This document shows, piece by piece, positions 48,512 to 58,617 of a stretch of 64,000 nt of DNA; within the stretch, counting starts at the first letter, position 1; each line of letters begins with the position of its first letter. The stretch covers positions 69,481 through 133,480 of the forward strand of contig JAGTQY010000003.1 in the NCBI GenBank assembly GCA_018396815.1, read 5' to 3'. The position numbers and the translations under genes are program-made. Under the pieces are notes generated by a model, which saw nothing but the letters and a program-made list of their open reading frames with translations, had not been told where the DNA came from and searched no databases. Source of the stretch: Candidatus Bathyarchaeota archaeon (GTDB lineage: Archaea; Thermoproteota; Bathyarchaeia; 40CM-2-53-6; DTDX01).

Positions 48512-49627
48512 TTATTCAACTTTAACTACTATCTCTTCTTTATAATCTGTCACAACTTTAATGTAACCTTTTAATTCTTCATCTAATTCAGGATCCCCTG
48601 TATCTACAAGAAGTCTTTTAGGGTTTAATGTTTGAAGTTTATTTTTAGTAGCTATAACTATTATATTTTCTTTTCCAACTCTTCTTATTACAGTTGGGCT
48701 GATTTGTTGATTTCCTCTACCAAATATATATCCTTGACCACCAATTGGTGTTACTACTATCTTAGCTTTAGAATAAGCATCTAGTATTTTTAAAATCTCT
48801 TTTTCATTTACATCTTTTGCAATGATTTTTTTCCTATATAACACATCTACTCCTAAAAGAGTTTTCTCAAGATAAAGCAAATCAAATATCGTTTTTGTTG
48901 TTGAGCCTGGGCCAACTATATAAATATAATCATCTTTCATCTCTTCAATTAAATATTTAGCTATTGCCTCCCTATTTTCTTTCTCTTCTTCAACTAATGG
49001 AATAGTTGATTTAACTTGTTGAATAAGAAGCTTCTCGGAAGGAACCTTTAAATATCCATAAAGTTTAGCTGAAACTCTTCCTTGTCTAAACGCTTCTTCA
49101 TCAATATCCATAACTTCACATTCAATTAATGATAATTGATTATTAAAGAAATCTTTAACTATTTTAGCTCCTGCTTTAGGATTTGTAGCGAAAACGCCTG
49201 AATGCATCTTTACACCTGAAGGAATTCCTAAAACTGGGACTTCTAAATCTACAGCATCCATAATATCCCTTGCTGTTCCATCTCCACCACAAAAAACTAG
49301 TAGATCAACTTTATTTTTCATTTCTGAAGCTATTCTTTTAGTGTCCTCAGCTGTTGTCTCATTTTTTTCTTCTCCTAGAACAAGTTTCGGAGTTAATTTA
49401 CATTCTTTAGCTTCTTTTTCACCCATTAATCCTATTCCTGTATAAAGTTCAAATTCACAGTTAAGTCTTATCAACTCTAATAAGAATATTTTAGCTTTTT
49501 CAGGTGAAATTAATTTAGCTCCAAGAGAAAAAGCTTTTTCAACAGTTTGTTTTCCATTAGAACCTTTTAATCCTACAGCGCCTCCTACACCGGCTATAGG
49601 ATTAACTATAAAGCCTAAGCGTTTCAT
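48512..49627 (-). CDS. ATP-NAD kinase-like protein (uncharacterised archaeal COG3199 family).
   Basis: GGDGT motif (FCGGDGTARD). 4-nt overlap with ileS. Confidence 0.45.
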   Translation of the reverse strand: MKRLGFIVNPIAGVGGAVGLKGSNGKQTVEKAFSLGAKLISPEKAKIFLLELIRLNCEFELYTGIGLMGEKEAKECKLTPKLVLGEEKNETTAEDTKRIASEMKNKVDLLVFCGGDGTARDIMDAVDLEVPVLGIPSGVKMHSGVFATNPKAGAKIVKDFFNNQLSLIECEVMDIDEEAFRQGRVSAKLYGYLKVPSEKLLIQQVKSTIPLVEEEKENREAIAKYLIEEMKDDYIYIVGPGSTTKTIFDLLYLEKTLLGVDVLYRKKIIAKDVNEKEILKILDAYSKAKIVVTPIGGQGYIFGRGNQQISPTVIRRVGKENIIVIATKNKLQTLNPKRLLVDTGDPELDEELKGYIKVVTDYKEEIVVKVE

Positions 49628-52600
49628 TGAATGCTCTCCGTTTTTATTGCTATTTCAAAAGTTTCTTCATCAATAATCCATTGCTTTTTAAGGTTAAACT
49701 TTTGATCTTTTGGAATTTCAAAAATTACTTCTTTCGCTCTAACTTCTTCCTTAATATAATTTTTTTGTGTTTTTATTTTTTCTTCTTTAGTACTCGGGCA
49801 TTTAATGTAAACAGTGATAAAAGCATCAACTGGAAGATCTATCTCTCCTCTCATTTCTTGAATTCTCCTAATAATGTCTCTTGTTAATCCTTCCAGAATT
49901 AACTCTTCAGTTAATTCTCCATCTATATAGATTCTGCCATTAGCAAATTCGCCAACAGCAAATCCTTCAAGCTCCTCTTTAAATGTAACCATCTCAGGTG
50001 TAATCTTTATTTTTTCTTCATTCAATGAAACTTCAAAGAAGCCCTTTTCTCTAAAGCTTTTTAGAATATTCCATCCATTTTCATTTTTTATTCTCTCAAT
50101 TATTTGAGTAGTTTTTGATTTAAAAATTGGTCCTAAAACATCTAGTTTTGGAAGTGCGAAAATTCTCCTTAATTTTTCTTCATCATCTAAAGGTATGAAC
50201 TCCATTGTTTTAGTGTTTACTTGTTCTAAAATAACATCTTTAAAGTTGATTAAACTATTTTTCACATGTAAATTTCCAGTTACAATCATAACTCTTTTTA
50301 CAGGTTGCCTTAACTTTATTTTTAATGTTTGTCTAGCGCTTAAAGCTGCTTCTACAACTTTTTTAACGATATCCATTTGTTCTTCATAATCTTTGTTAAT
50401 GAGTTTTTCCTCAATTTTAGGCCATTTCCACATATGTATACTGATTCTTTTTCCTTCAGCTGGAAACATGATTTCTCTATATAGTTTTTCTGAAATAAAG
50501 GGTAGAAATGGCGCAATTAAAATTAACCAATTTTTTAAAGCGTAATATAAAGTTGCGTAAGCTGCTAATTTATCTAAACTTTCTTTTTCTTGCCAAAATC
50601 TTCTTCTAACAAGTTTAATATACCATCGACTTAAATCTTCAACAGCATAATTTAAAAGTTCTTTAATAGCAGAATGAACTTCAAATCTTTCAAGAAACTC
50701 TGTTACTTTAACTTTTAAGCTTTCAGTTTTAGATAGTAGCCATTTATCTTCATTTCTCATATATTTATAAAGTCTTTTTACAGACCATTTACTAGGTTGA
50801 AATTTATCAAGATTCATGTAAATGCTTGCGAAGGCATAAACATTCCATATTATATGAAGGTTTCTCCAACATTCCTCTACTTCAATCCAAGAAAACTTAA
50901 AATCTTCCCAGGTTGTGTTTTGTAATTCATATAACCTTAAAGCGTCTCTTCCATACTTAGTTATTACATCCTCTGGTGAAATAAAATTCCCAAGTGATTT
51001 ACTCATTTTTTGTCCAGAAGCATCAAGTGCGTGACCATGCATCAAAACTGCTTTATATGGACTTTTATCAAAAGCTAATATACTTGCGCAAAGTTGAGTA
51101 TAAAACCAACCTCTTGTTTGATCATGCGCTTCAATAACAATATCGGCAGGCCACCATTTTTCAAATTCATCTTTCTTTTTTGGGTAGTTTAAACTAGCCC
51201 AAGAAGCTGTTCCAGAATCCATCCAAACATCTAATATGTCTGGAATTCTTTTCATTTTACCGTTGCAACTGCATCGTAAATAAATTTCATCTACGCAATC
51301 TCTATGTAAATCAATTTTTTTCGGGAAGTTTAATGCTTTAGATTTAAGTTCGCTTATTGAACCTACAACTTCCTCTTTTTTACATTTTTCGCAAACCCAG
51401 ATTGGGATTGGAATACCCCAAAATCTCTGTCTGGAAATTACCCAGTCTCGAGCTCCAAGAAGCCAATCTTTAAACCTTCTTTTTCCAGCCCATTCTGGAA
51501 TCCAAGTAACATTTTCATTTTCTTCAATAAGCTTATTTTTATACTCAGAAACTTTAATGAACCATTGTTCTGTAGCTCTAAGAATTAATGGTGTTTTACA
51601 ACGCCAACAATGAGGATAAGCATGCTCTATAGTAGTGACATGGAAAAGCAATTTTTTGTTTTTTAAATCATTAATTATTAATTGATCAGCTTCTTTAATG
51701 TATTTTCCAGCATACTTTCCAGCATCTTGAGTAAACTTTCCAGAAGCATCAACTGGAGAAACCACAGGCAAACTATATTCTAAACCCACTTCAAAATCTT
51801 CTTCTCCATGTCCAGGTGCGCAATGAACGCATCCAGTTCCTTCATTCATAGATACATATTTTTCTGATGTAATAACTATATGTGCATTTTTAATTTGAGC
51901 TTGAAGAGGCGTCTCCTCTAAAAGTGGAGGTTTATATTTTAACCCTAATAACTCTTTTCCTTTTACTCGTTTAATAATTTCGAATTGTTTTCCCACTTCA
52001 TTAAATACTGGTTCGCATCTATTTTCAGCTAAAATATATGTTTCATCTCCTGATTTAGCTTCAACATAATATTCTTCAGGGTGAATCATTACAGCAACAT
52101 TTGCTGGAAGTGTCCATGGGGTCGTTGTCCAAATAAGAATAAATTTATTCACTTCATTTTCTAATGGAAACTTAACATAAACTGAATAATCTTTCACATA
52201 TCTATATTCATCAGTAACTTCATATCCTGATAAAGCTGTTTCACATCTTGGACACCAATGAACCACTTTTAAATCTTTTTTAAGAAGATTTTTTTCATAA
52301 GCTTTTTTTATAGTCCACCATACAGACTCTATATAATCATTTTTTAAAGTTAAATATGGGTTATTCCAATTCATCCATACACCTAAATTTTTGAATACCT
52401 CTGTTTGAATTTTAGCATTTTCTTCAGCATATTCTTTACATCTTTTAATAAAAGTTTGAACAGAAATTTTTTCTTCTATTTCTTTTTTAGTTTTTATTCC
52501 AAGTTCTTCCTCAACTTTAACTTCTATAGGTAAACCATGGCAATCATAACCAGGTTGATCTCTAACCTTAAAACCCCTCATTCTTTTAAATCTAATTACA

Positions 52601-52830
52601 ACATCTTTTAATATTTTATTCCAAGCTGTTCCTACATGAGGGGGATTAGTTACATATGGTGGTCCATCTAAAAAATAAAACTTCTTTCCGCCTTTATTTA
52701 GTCTTTTAATTCTATCATAAATTTTTTCTTTTTTCCACCATTCAAGAATTTCTTCTTCATACTCTTTAGGGGAAAAACTTTTACTAATTTTTCCTACAAT
52801 TTGTTTACTCAATCTCATCCTACCTTTCAA
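49624..52830 (-). CDS. ileS: Isoleucyl-tRNA synthetase.
   Basis: HIGH (PPHVGTAWN) and KMSKS motifs, CP1 editing domain and C-terminal zinc finger. Confidence 0.95.
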   Translation of the reverse strand: MKGRMRLSKQIVGKISKSFSPKEYEEEILEWWKKEKIYDRIKRLNKGGKKFYFLDGPPYVTNPPHVGTAWNKILKDVVIRFKRMRGFKVRDQPGYDCHGLPIEVKVEEELGIKTKKEIEEKISVQTFIKRCKEYAEENAKIQTEVFKNLGVWMNWNNPYLTLKNDYIESVWWTIKKAYEKNLLKKDLKVVHWCPRCETALSGYEVTDEYRYVKDYSVYVKFPLENEVNKFILIWTTTPWTLPANVAVMIHPEEYYVEAKSGDETYILAENRCEPVFNEVGKQFEIIKRVKGKELLGLKYKPPLLEETPLQAQIKNAHIVITSEKYVSMNEGTGCVHCAPGHGEEDFEVGLEYSLPVVSPVDASGKFTQDAGKYAGKYIKEADQLIINDLKNKKLLFHVTTIEHAYPHCWRCKTPLILRATEQWFIKVSEYKNKLIEENENVTWIPEWAGKRRFKDWLLGARDWVISRQRFWGIPIPIWVCEKCKKEEVVGSISELKSKALNFPKKIDLHRDCVDEIYLRCSCNGKMKRIPDILDVWMDSGTASWASLNYPKKKDEFEKWWPADIVIEAHDQTRGWFYTQLCASILAFDKSPYKAVLMHGHALDASGQKMSKSLGNFISPEDVITKYGRDALRLYELQNTTWEDFKFSWIEVEECWRNLHIIWNVYAFASIYMNLDKFQPSKWSVKRLYKYMRNEDKWLLSKTESLKVKVTEFLERFEVHSAIKELLNYAVEDLSRWYIKLVRRRFWQEKESLDKLAAYATLYYALKNWLILIAPFLPFISEKLYREIMFPAEGKRISIHMWKWPKIEEKLINKDYEEQMDIVKKVVEAALSARQTLKIKLRQPVKRVMIVTGNLHVKNSLINFKDVILEQVNTKTMEFIPLDDEEKLRRIFALPKLDVLGPIFKSKTTQIIERIKNENGWNILKSFREKGFFEVSLNEEKIKITPEMVTFKEELEGFAVGEFANGRIYIDGELTEELILEGLTRDIIRRIQEMRGEIDLPVDAFITVYIKCPSTKEEKIKTQKNYIKEEVRAKEVIFEIPKDQKFNLKKQWIIDEETFEIAIKTESIQ

Positions 52831-53031
52831 ATTAAATTTTATGTTTAAATGATTTCAGCAAACTTTGTTGATTTTAGTCTTTGAAATTAATTTTCAATTT
52901 ATGTGCAAATTATAAAAGCTTTTTATTAAGTTTTTTCTTATAATCTACAGGTTAAGCGAAAATTTATTAAGCAGATAACTTTTCTATCTCTAGCTTAAAG
53001 CTGAAAAGAATAAAAATATTTAAAGAATGGG

Positions 53032-55740
53032 ATGCTAATGAAAAGAAATTCATATTCAGAATCTTTGTTTAATAAGGTTAAAAATTCAATTAAGGGTTTA
53101 AAAGTTCCTGGAAGTAGTTATTTACACTTTATAGTGCTTTCATTAATTTTATTTTTAGCTGCAATTATTCGACTTTTACCTTTAAGATGGGGCTTCTTCA
53201 TTTCTGAGTTTGATCCTTATCAACAATATAGAATGGCTGAGTACATAGTAAATAATGGATTTAAAGCGTGGTTTAACTGGCATGATTCAATGAGTTGGTA
53301 TCCTTGGGGTAGAAATATTCCAACTACAAGTTTCCCTGGCGTAGCATTTACAGCAGCATTACTTTATATGCTTCTTCAAGATTTAGGGGTTTCAGTAACT
53401 CTTTATCAATTATGTGTAATTTTTCCAGTGATTATGGGGGTTGCAACATGTTTAGCAGCTTATCTTTTAGGAAGAGAATGGAATAAAAGCGTAGGTTTAC
53501 TCTCAGCTTTATTTTTAGCTTTTAGTACTTCCCATATTACTCGTACATCATTAGGCTTTTTTGATGATGAAACAATTGGAATATTCACTATGCTTTTATT
53601 CTTTATGTTTTATTTAAAGGCTTTATCTAATTCTAAACCTCTTAGAATAAGCATTATATATGCTTTGTTAGCTGGGTTATCTTTAAGCTATATTGGAATG
53701 AGTTGGGGTGCTCTTAGATATCCAGCTTCATTAATTGCTCTATTCACTTTAGTGTTAGTCTTTATTAAACGATATACAACTAGATTGTTAATTGTTTATT
53801 CAATAACGTATGGTACATTCTTTTTAACTATTCTTCAGCTTCCAAAATTAGGTTATAGTTTTATTACTGAATGGTCAACTTTAGCTTTAATTTTGATTTT
53901 AATCATTTTAGTTTTATACGAAATATTTAATAGAGTTAAATCTTTTTATGGAAAACTTTTCGTGTTATTAGGTTTTATTGCTTGTTTAATTACTGGAACT
54001 TATATTTTATGGAGCCAAGGTTTAATTGCTCCTTTAGCTGGAAAATTTGCAGCTATAGTTAACCCATTAACCAGAGCTGAAATGCCATTAGTAGAATCTG
54101 TTGCTGAGCATAGGCCTGGAACTTGGTCTTCCTTCTTTTACGAATTTGGAGCATTACTTATTTTAGGCTTATTTGGCTTCTTCTTCTCTCTTCAAAAAAG
54201 AGGAATTAATGACATTTTTCTTATTCTTTTTGGTTTATCTTCAATTTATTTTGCCGGTTCATTTGTTAGATTAACTATTATATTAACCCCTGCATTATCC
54301 CTTTTAAGTTCTATAGGGATAATTGAATTAGCTAAACCATCTTTAGATATTTTAAGGGAGAAAATTATTTTCCCGAAAAAGAAAATCAAGTTTGAATCTA
54401 GAGTAACACGTGAGTTTGGAGTAGCTATACTACTTGTTCTTCTAATTGTTATTACCCCAACCTTATATTATGCTTCAAGCTCAGCTTATGCACCAACTAC
54501 TATAGCCGTTTCAAGTATCCCGACAGCTCCTACAGGAGAGTCGGCTTCAAAATATCAAGATTGGCTTCAAGCTTTAATTTGGATGAGAGAAAACTTACCT
54601 AATAACGCTGTTGTGTTTTCATGGTGGGATTACGGTTATTGGATAACAACTATAGCTGATAAACGTTCAATGGCTGATAACGGTACATTAAACTTTACTC
54701 AAATAGCTTTAATAGCTAGAACTTTTCTTTCAAATGAAACTGAAGCCATCCCAACCTTAAAATCTTATAATGTTACCCATATTGCCATATTTGTAACGTG
54801 GACTAGAGGACAAAGCGGTGTACAATATTATGGTTATGGTGAAGATAATAAATGGTACTGGATGGCTAGAATAGGAAATGGAACATCTTATGATGGGAAA
54901 ACAGTTTATTTCTATGAAAAAAGAGAAAATCAACAAGTTAAATACTATAGAGTAATAACTTCAAATAATCAAGTTATAGCAAATGAAACAATTGCTGAGA
55001 GAACTGGCATAAATGAAAACACTATTCTTGGGAAATTGATTGCTATAGGAATAAATCCATCTCAAGCCTCCTCAGATTACTTTAAACTTGTTTATGCTTC
55101 CCAACCAAATAGATTTGTATTCATTTATGAAGTAAGCTATCCTGCCTTAAGTGAATTAACGCTTTCATTAAGTAAATCTGATATCTTGTATGGTGAAACA
55201 GTCACTCTTCATGGAAGATTAACCTCTAAAAATGAAGGGTTAAGCGATAAACTTATAACTCTTGAGTACTCGAAAGATGGAGGGTTAACTTGGGAAAAAA
55301 TTGGAACAAGTTTAACAACAGTTAATGGCTCTTATATTTATAATTGGATTCCTGGAAGCGGTGTTTATCTTATTAGAAGTAGATGGGATGGTGAAGCTGG
55401 AAAATACACGAAGGCTTTTAGTCAAACTTTACCATTAACTGTGAGTAATGCTTCTTTATCGTTAAACGTTTCATTGTCGCCGTCACAATTAAAATTAGGT
55501 GAAAACGTTAGAATTGAGGTTTCTTCATTAATCTATAAAGAAGGAAATATTACAGTTCAATATAGCGCTGACAAAATTAATTGGTTTAATTTAACTGAAG
55601 GGAAGCTTGAACAAAACATGTTTAAAACAACTTGGAAACCTGAAAAACCTGGAACATATTATATTAAGGTTTTACTCATTACGAAAGAGGGGACATCTCT
55701 TTCTAGTGAAATAAAGACCTTAATTGTTGAATCTACTTAA
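53032..55740 (+). CDS. aglB: Dolichyl-phosphooligosaccharide-protein glycosyltransferase AglB (STT3).
   Basis: 13-transmembrane N-terminal domain, WWDYGYWI motif and a large C-terminal periplasmic domain. Confidence 0.9.
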   Translation: MLMKRNSYSESLFNKVKNSIKGLKVPGSSYLHFIVLSLILFLAAIIRLLPLRWGFFISEFDPYQQYRMAEYIVNNGFKAWFNWHDSMSWYPWGRNIPTTSFPGVAFTAALLYMLLQDLGVSVTLYQLCVIFPVIMGVATCLAAYLLGREWNKSVGLLSALFLAFSTSHITRTSLGFFDDETIGIFTMLLFFMFYLKALSNSKPLRISIIYALLAGLSLSYIGMSWGALRYPASLIALFTLVLVFIKRYTTRLLIVYSITYGTFFLTILQLPKLGYSFITEWSTLALILILIILVLYEIFNRVKSFYGKLFVLLGFIACLITGTYILWSQGLIAPLAGKFAAIVNPLTRAEMPLVESVAEHRPGTWSSFFYEFGALLILGLFGFFFSLQKRGINDIFLILFGLSSIYFAGSFVRLTIILTPALSLLSSIGIIELAKPSLDILREKIIFPKKKIKFESRVTREFGVAILLVLLIVITPTLYYASSSAYAPTTIAVSSIPTAPTGESASKYQDWLQALIWMRENLPNNAVVFSWWDYGYWITTIADKRSMADNGTLNFTQIALIARTFLSNETEAIPTLKSYNVTHIAIFVTWTRGQSGVQYYGYGEDNKWYWMARIGNGTSYDGKTVYFYEKRENQQVKYYRVITSNNQVIANETIAERTGINENTILGKLIAIGINPSQASSDYFKLVYASQPNRFVFIYEVSYPALSELTLSLSKSDILYGETVTLHGRLTSKNEGLSDKLITLEYSKDGGLTWEKIGTSLTTVNGSYIYNWIPGSGVYLIRSRWDGEAGKYTKAFSQTLPLTVSNASLSLNVSLSPSQLKLGENVRIEVSSLIYKEGNITVQYSADKINWFNLTEGKLEQNMFKTTWKPEKPGTYYIKVLLITKEGTSLSSEIKTLIVEST

Positions 55741-56498
55741 GATATATATGAGAATTTTTCAGTTATTTTCTTTTCTTCAAAAGTTTCTTCAAAACTTTGA
55801 GTTGTTTTAAGAATTTTCTCTTCTAGTTTTCCCATTTCCTTAATTTCTTTTTCAAGTTCTTTTAAATCTATTTTTAAGTTTAAAAGTTGATTTAAAACTT
55901 CTAGAACGCTTTTAGCAGCTTTAGGATCTGGAATGTAACCTAAAGTTTCTCCAAGTAAACATATAGCGTTTAACCCTTTAGCTTTAGCTAAAGGAAGTAA
56001 TATTCCAGCCACACCAACTACAGGTGCACCTTCTTCATTAATAGCAACACCTGCTTTAACCAATTGATTAATTAATTTAACTGTTGTAGCCGCTCCATAA
56101 ACTTTAGGTGTTTCTTTTCTACTTGAACTATAACCTCCAACACTTATAATAAGTTTACTCGAATATTTTTTAGCGTACTCAATTATTTTTTCTGCAATTT
56201 CATACTGCCCTATATTACTTTGAGGTTGACAATCCCCTGTAACTATAACTAATTCAAGCTTTCTTTTTTTATCTATATAATAGTAAAATGTACTTTTAGG
56301 TAATCTTGCTACTCCCCGTTCATCTACTAAAGCGTAATGAGGGAAATACGGTGAATAAAGCTCAGCTATTTTTTTAGCATTTAATTGAGAGATAAGATAT
56401 GAAGCAACTATTTTCCCAACGGAACCTAGACCTGGTAGCCCCTCTATAATTATGGGTCTGACAGGTTTAACTTTACATTCTTTAAGAATAGTTTTCAT
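55737..56498 (-). CDS. PAC2-family proteasome assembly chaperone-like protein.
   Basis: LPGLGSVGKIV N-terminal motif. Conserved position downstream of nop10. Confidence 0.55.
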   Translation of the reverse strand: MKTILKECKVKPVRPIIIEGLPGLGSVGKIVASYLISQLNAKKIAELYSPYFPHYALVDERGVARLPKSTFYYYIDKKRKLELVIVTGDCQPQSNIGQYEIAEKIIEYAKKYSSKLIISVGGYSSSRKETPKVYGAATTVKLINQLVKAGVAINEEGAPVVGVAGILLPLAKAKGLNAICLLGETLGYIPDPKAAKSVLEVLNQLLNLKIDLKELEKEIKEMGKLEEKILKTTQSFEETFEEKKITEKFSYIS

Positions 56499-56644
56499 TT
56501 CTTTTCAGCTTTCAACCTTAACTCAAGATATTTATCATTTAAAGAAAATTTAGGGGGATGAGGATTAAATGTTTTTTCTCCGCATAAAGGGCAATTTTCT
56601 TTAAGCGTGTATCTATTACATTTCCCACATTTTTTAATTTGCAT
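56495..56644 (-). CDS. nop10: H/ACA ribonucleoprotein subunit Nop10.
   Basis: 49-aa MQIKKCGKCNRYTLKENCPLCGEKTFNPHPPKFSLNDKYLELRLKAEKK. Zinc ribbon plus the PPKFS motif. Its stop overlaps the downstream start (ATGA). Missed by the ORF track because it is under 60 aa. Confidence 0.8.
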   Translation of the reverse strand: MQIKKCGKCNRYTLKENCPLCGEKTFNPHPPKFSLNDKYLELRLKAEKK

Positions 56645-56646
56645 TT

Positions 56647-57426
56647 TCAATCTATTTGCCTTCCTTCTCCCCCAAAGTTCTTTATTGTTGTTAAAGCCTC
56701 ATTTATCGCTTTTTTCAAAGCAGCTTCAGCTTCTCCATAATCGTTAGCTGAAACCTCTATTCTATATTTCGGTGCTCCTACAGTATAGGTTGCTATAGTT
56801 ACCCCCCTTTTCTTAATTTTTTCAGCATTAAGTAAGCTTTGTTTTATAGCTTTTATTCCATCAGGTTTTAAACAAGTTAGTTCTATTGTTGCTGAAACTT
56901 TAGCTTTTTCAAGTTTTATTTTTAATTTAGCAGATTCAGTTAAAGCTTTAGCCCATTCTGAAGAAATTCCAAGCTTTATAAATGTTTCTTCTCCTTCTTC
57001 TACAGCTTCCTCAAAAGCATCATATAAACTTTCATACTTTTTTAAAATAGCTTCTTTAATTGCATTAGCTTCTTCATCAGTTTTTTTTAATTTTTCAATA
57101 GCTGTCTTCATTATTGACTCTGCTTTTTTATCCTTTTTCCATTGAAGTAGTTTTTCTGTTTTTTCTCTTCCAGTGACTCTTCTTAAGGATAAATCTATAT
57201 GACCTTTTTCAGGATCGACTCTTAAAACTTTTAAAACTAGTTTTTGTCCTTCTCTTACGTGATCTCTTATATTTCTAACCCATGTTGATGCAATTTCAGA
57301 TATATGTAATAAACCTTCTTGATCTTCATATTCATCCAGTGTCACATAAGCACCATAACTTTCTATTCGTTTTACTGTTGCTATTACTAAATCTCCTTCC
57401 TCAGGGTAATCCCTATTTATTGACAT
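56647..57426 (-). CDS. Translation initiation factor 2 alpha subunit.
   Basis: S1 domain followed by the helical and alpha/beta domains. Confidence 0.9.
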   Translation of the reverse strand: MSINRDYPEEGDLVIATVKRIESYGAYVTLDEYEDQEGLLHISEIASTWVRNIRDHVREGQKLVLKVLRVDPEKGHIDLSLRRVTGREKTEKLLQWKKDKKAESIMKTAIEKLKKTDEEANAIKEAILKKYESLYDAFEEAVEEGEETFIKLGISSEWAKALTESAKLKIKLEKAKVSATIELTCLKPDGIKAIKQSLLNAEKIKKRGVTIATYTVGAPKYRIEVSANDYGEAEAALKKAINEALTTIKNFGGEGRQID

Positions 57427-57444
57427 TTTTAATCTTTCCCTAAA

Positions 57445-57639
57445 TTAATCAAGCTCCTGCAATTTTTCGCATAAAAGTTTTACTCGTCCACCTGTCGGCT
57501 CAGCTAAAACTTCATCACATACATTGCATTTAACTTTTATACTTGCTTTACCAAAAATTATTTGTTCATTTCCACATTTAGAACATTTCACTTTAATAAA
57601 TTTGCTTGAAGGTTTAGGAATTAACTCTACTCTAGCCAT
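57445..57639 (-). CDS. rps27e: 30S ribosomal protein S27e.
   Basis: C4 zinc finger (CSKCGN...CNVCD). Confidence 0.9.
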   Translation of the reverse strand: MARVELIPKPSSKFIKVKCSKCGNEQIIFGKASIKVKCNVCDEVLAEPTGGRVKLLCEKLQELD

Positions 57640-57642
57640 TTT

Positions 57643-57921
57643 TTACGCCTCAAACTGAAGTTTTCTCAATCTTATCCCAAGTCTATAAATTGTGTAATTG
57701 CATTCTTTACATTTTAGTTTTAATAATTGTTTTTTAGTTGTTTTTGCTGTTCTTTTAAGTTCAGGCCATTTTTGGCCACCATAACCATGCTTTTCTCTTT
57801 CATGTCTTCTAGCCCCTATAGCTAAAGCTCTTTCTTTCCCTTTTTTATAAAGAGAAACTGAATGAAGCGAATGTTTTTTGCATCTAGGACAATAAACATT
57901 TATTTCTTTTGGCACTTTCAT
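57643..57921 (-). CDS. rpl44e: 50S ribosomal protein L44e.
   Basis: CPRC...CKEC zinc ribbon in a basic protein. Confidence 0.9.
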   Translation of the reverse strand: MKVPKEINVYCPRCKKHSLHSVSLYKKGKERALAIGARRHEREKHGYGGQKWPELKRTAKTTKKQLLKLKCKECNYTIYRLGIRLRKLQFEA

Positions 57922-58078
57922 TTTTAAATCTCCTTTCTATTTTCATAAAAACTTCTAAACGTTATGGTTTATTGAGAGGTTATAAATTTTTCTCTTCTAA
58001 AATATATTAAGTTAAAACAGGAGTTTTTCCAAAAAGTTTCCTTACTTTATACTAAACAATTTAATTTATTTAATGATG

Positions 58079-58615
58079 TTAATCTTTATAAATTATTTTT
58101 TCTGCAACACCTCTTTTAATTAATGCTTCAGCATTTTCCTCAGGTAAAACTGCTACATCTTCATCTTCAAAAGGTCCATAAGTTTTTAAATCTTCGCCAA
58201 TTATTTCTGGAAGTTGTTGAAGGAACCTTATAACTGTAAGTTTTTCTTTTTTTGCTTCTATTTTTCCTTTAAAAAGTTTCTCTTTAAACTCAATTATTAA
58301 ATCAGTAGCTTTATTTAGTAAAGTGAATAGTTCTTTTTCTTCTTCAGTAAGAAGTTCTAAAGGTATCTTTTTTCCTTCAATAACGTTCTTCATTACTTTT
58401 CTAAGTCTACTTTCTACAAGTTTATTTAAAATTTTTATGGCATAGCCGTATTCTTCCTTAGCTAGTTGTAGTTTTAAAGAATCTTGCTCTTTTTCTATTT
58501 TTTCCTTTAAATCATTAATGTATCGATTTACATTAAAATAGAAGTCTTGGCTTAAACTTTGAAGTTCTGCATTAGCTTCTTCTTTCTTCCAAGCTTTAAA
58601 TAATTCATTAAACAT
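58079..58615 (-). CDS. GINS subunit Gins51 (Sld5/Psf1-like).
   Basis: 178-aa helical A-domain protein immediately downstream of priS, the conserved archaeal gins51-priS linkage. Confidence 0.5.
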   Translation of the reverse strand: MFNELFKAWKKEEANAELQSLSQDFYFNVNRYINDLKEKIEKEQDSLKLQLAKEEYGYAIKILNKLVESRLRKVMKNVIEGKKIPLELLTEEEKELFTLLNKATDLIIEFKEKLFKGKIEAKKEKLTVIRFLQQLPEIIGEDLKTYGPFEDEDVAVLPEENAEALIKRGVAEKIIYKD

Positions 58616-58617
58616 TT

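Noticed and set aside
49627-50389. ORFs of 86 and 64 aa antisense to ileS.
   Set aside because: Shadow frames inside ileS. Phe/Asn-rich with no motifs.
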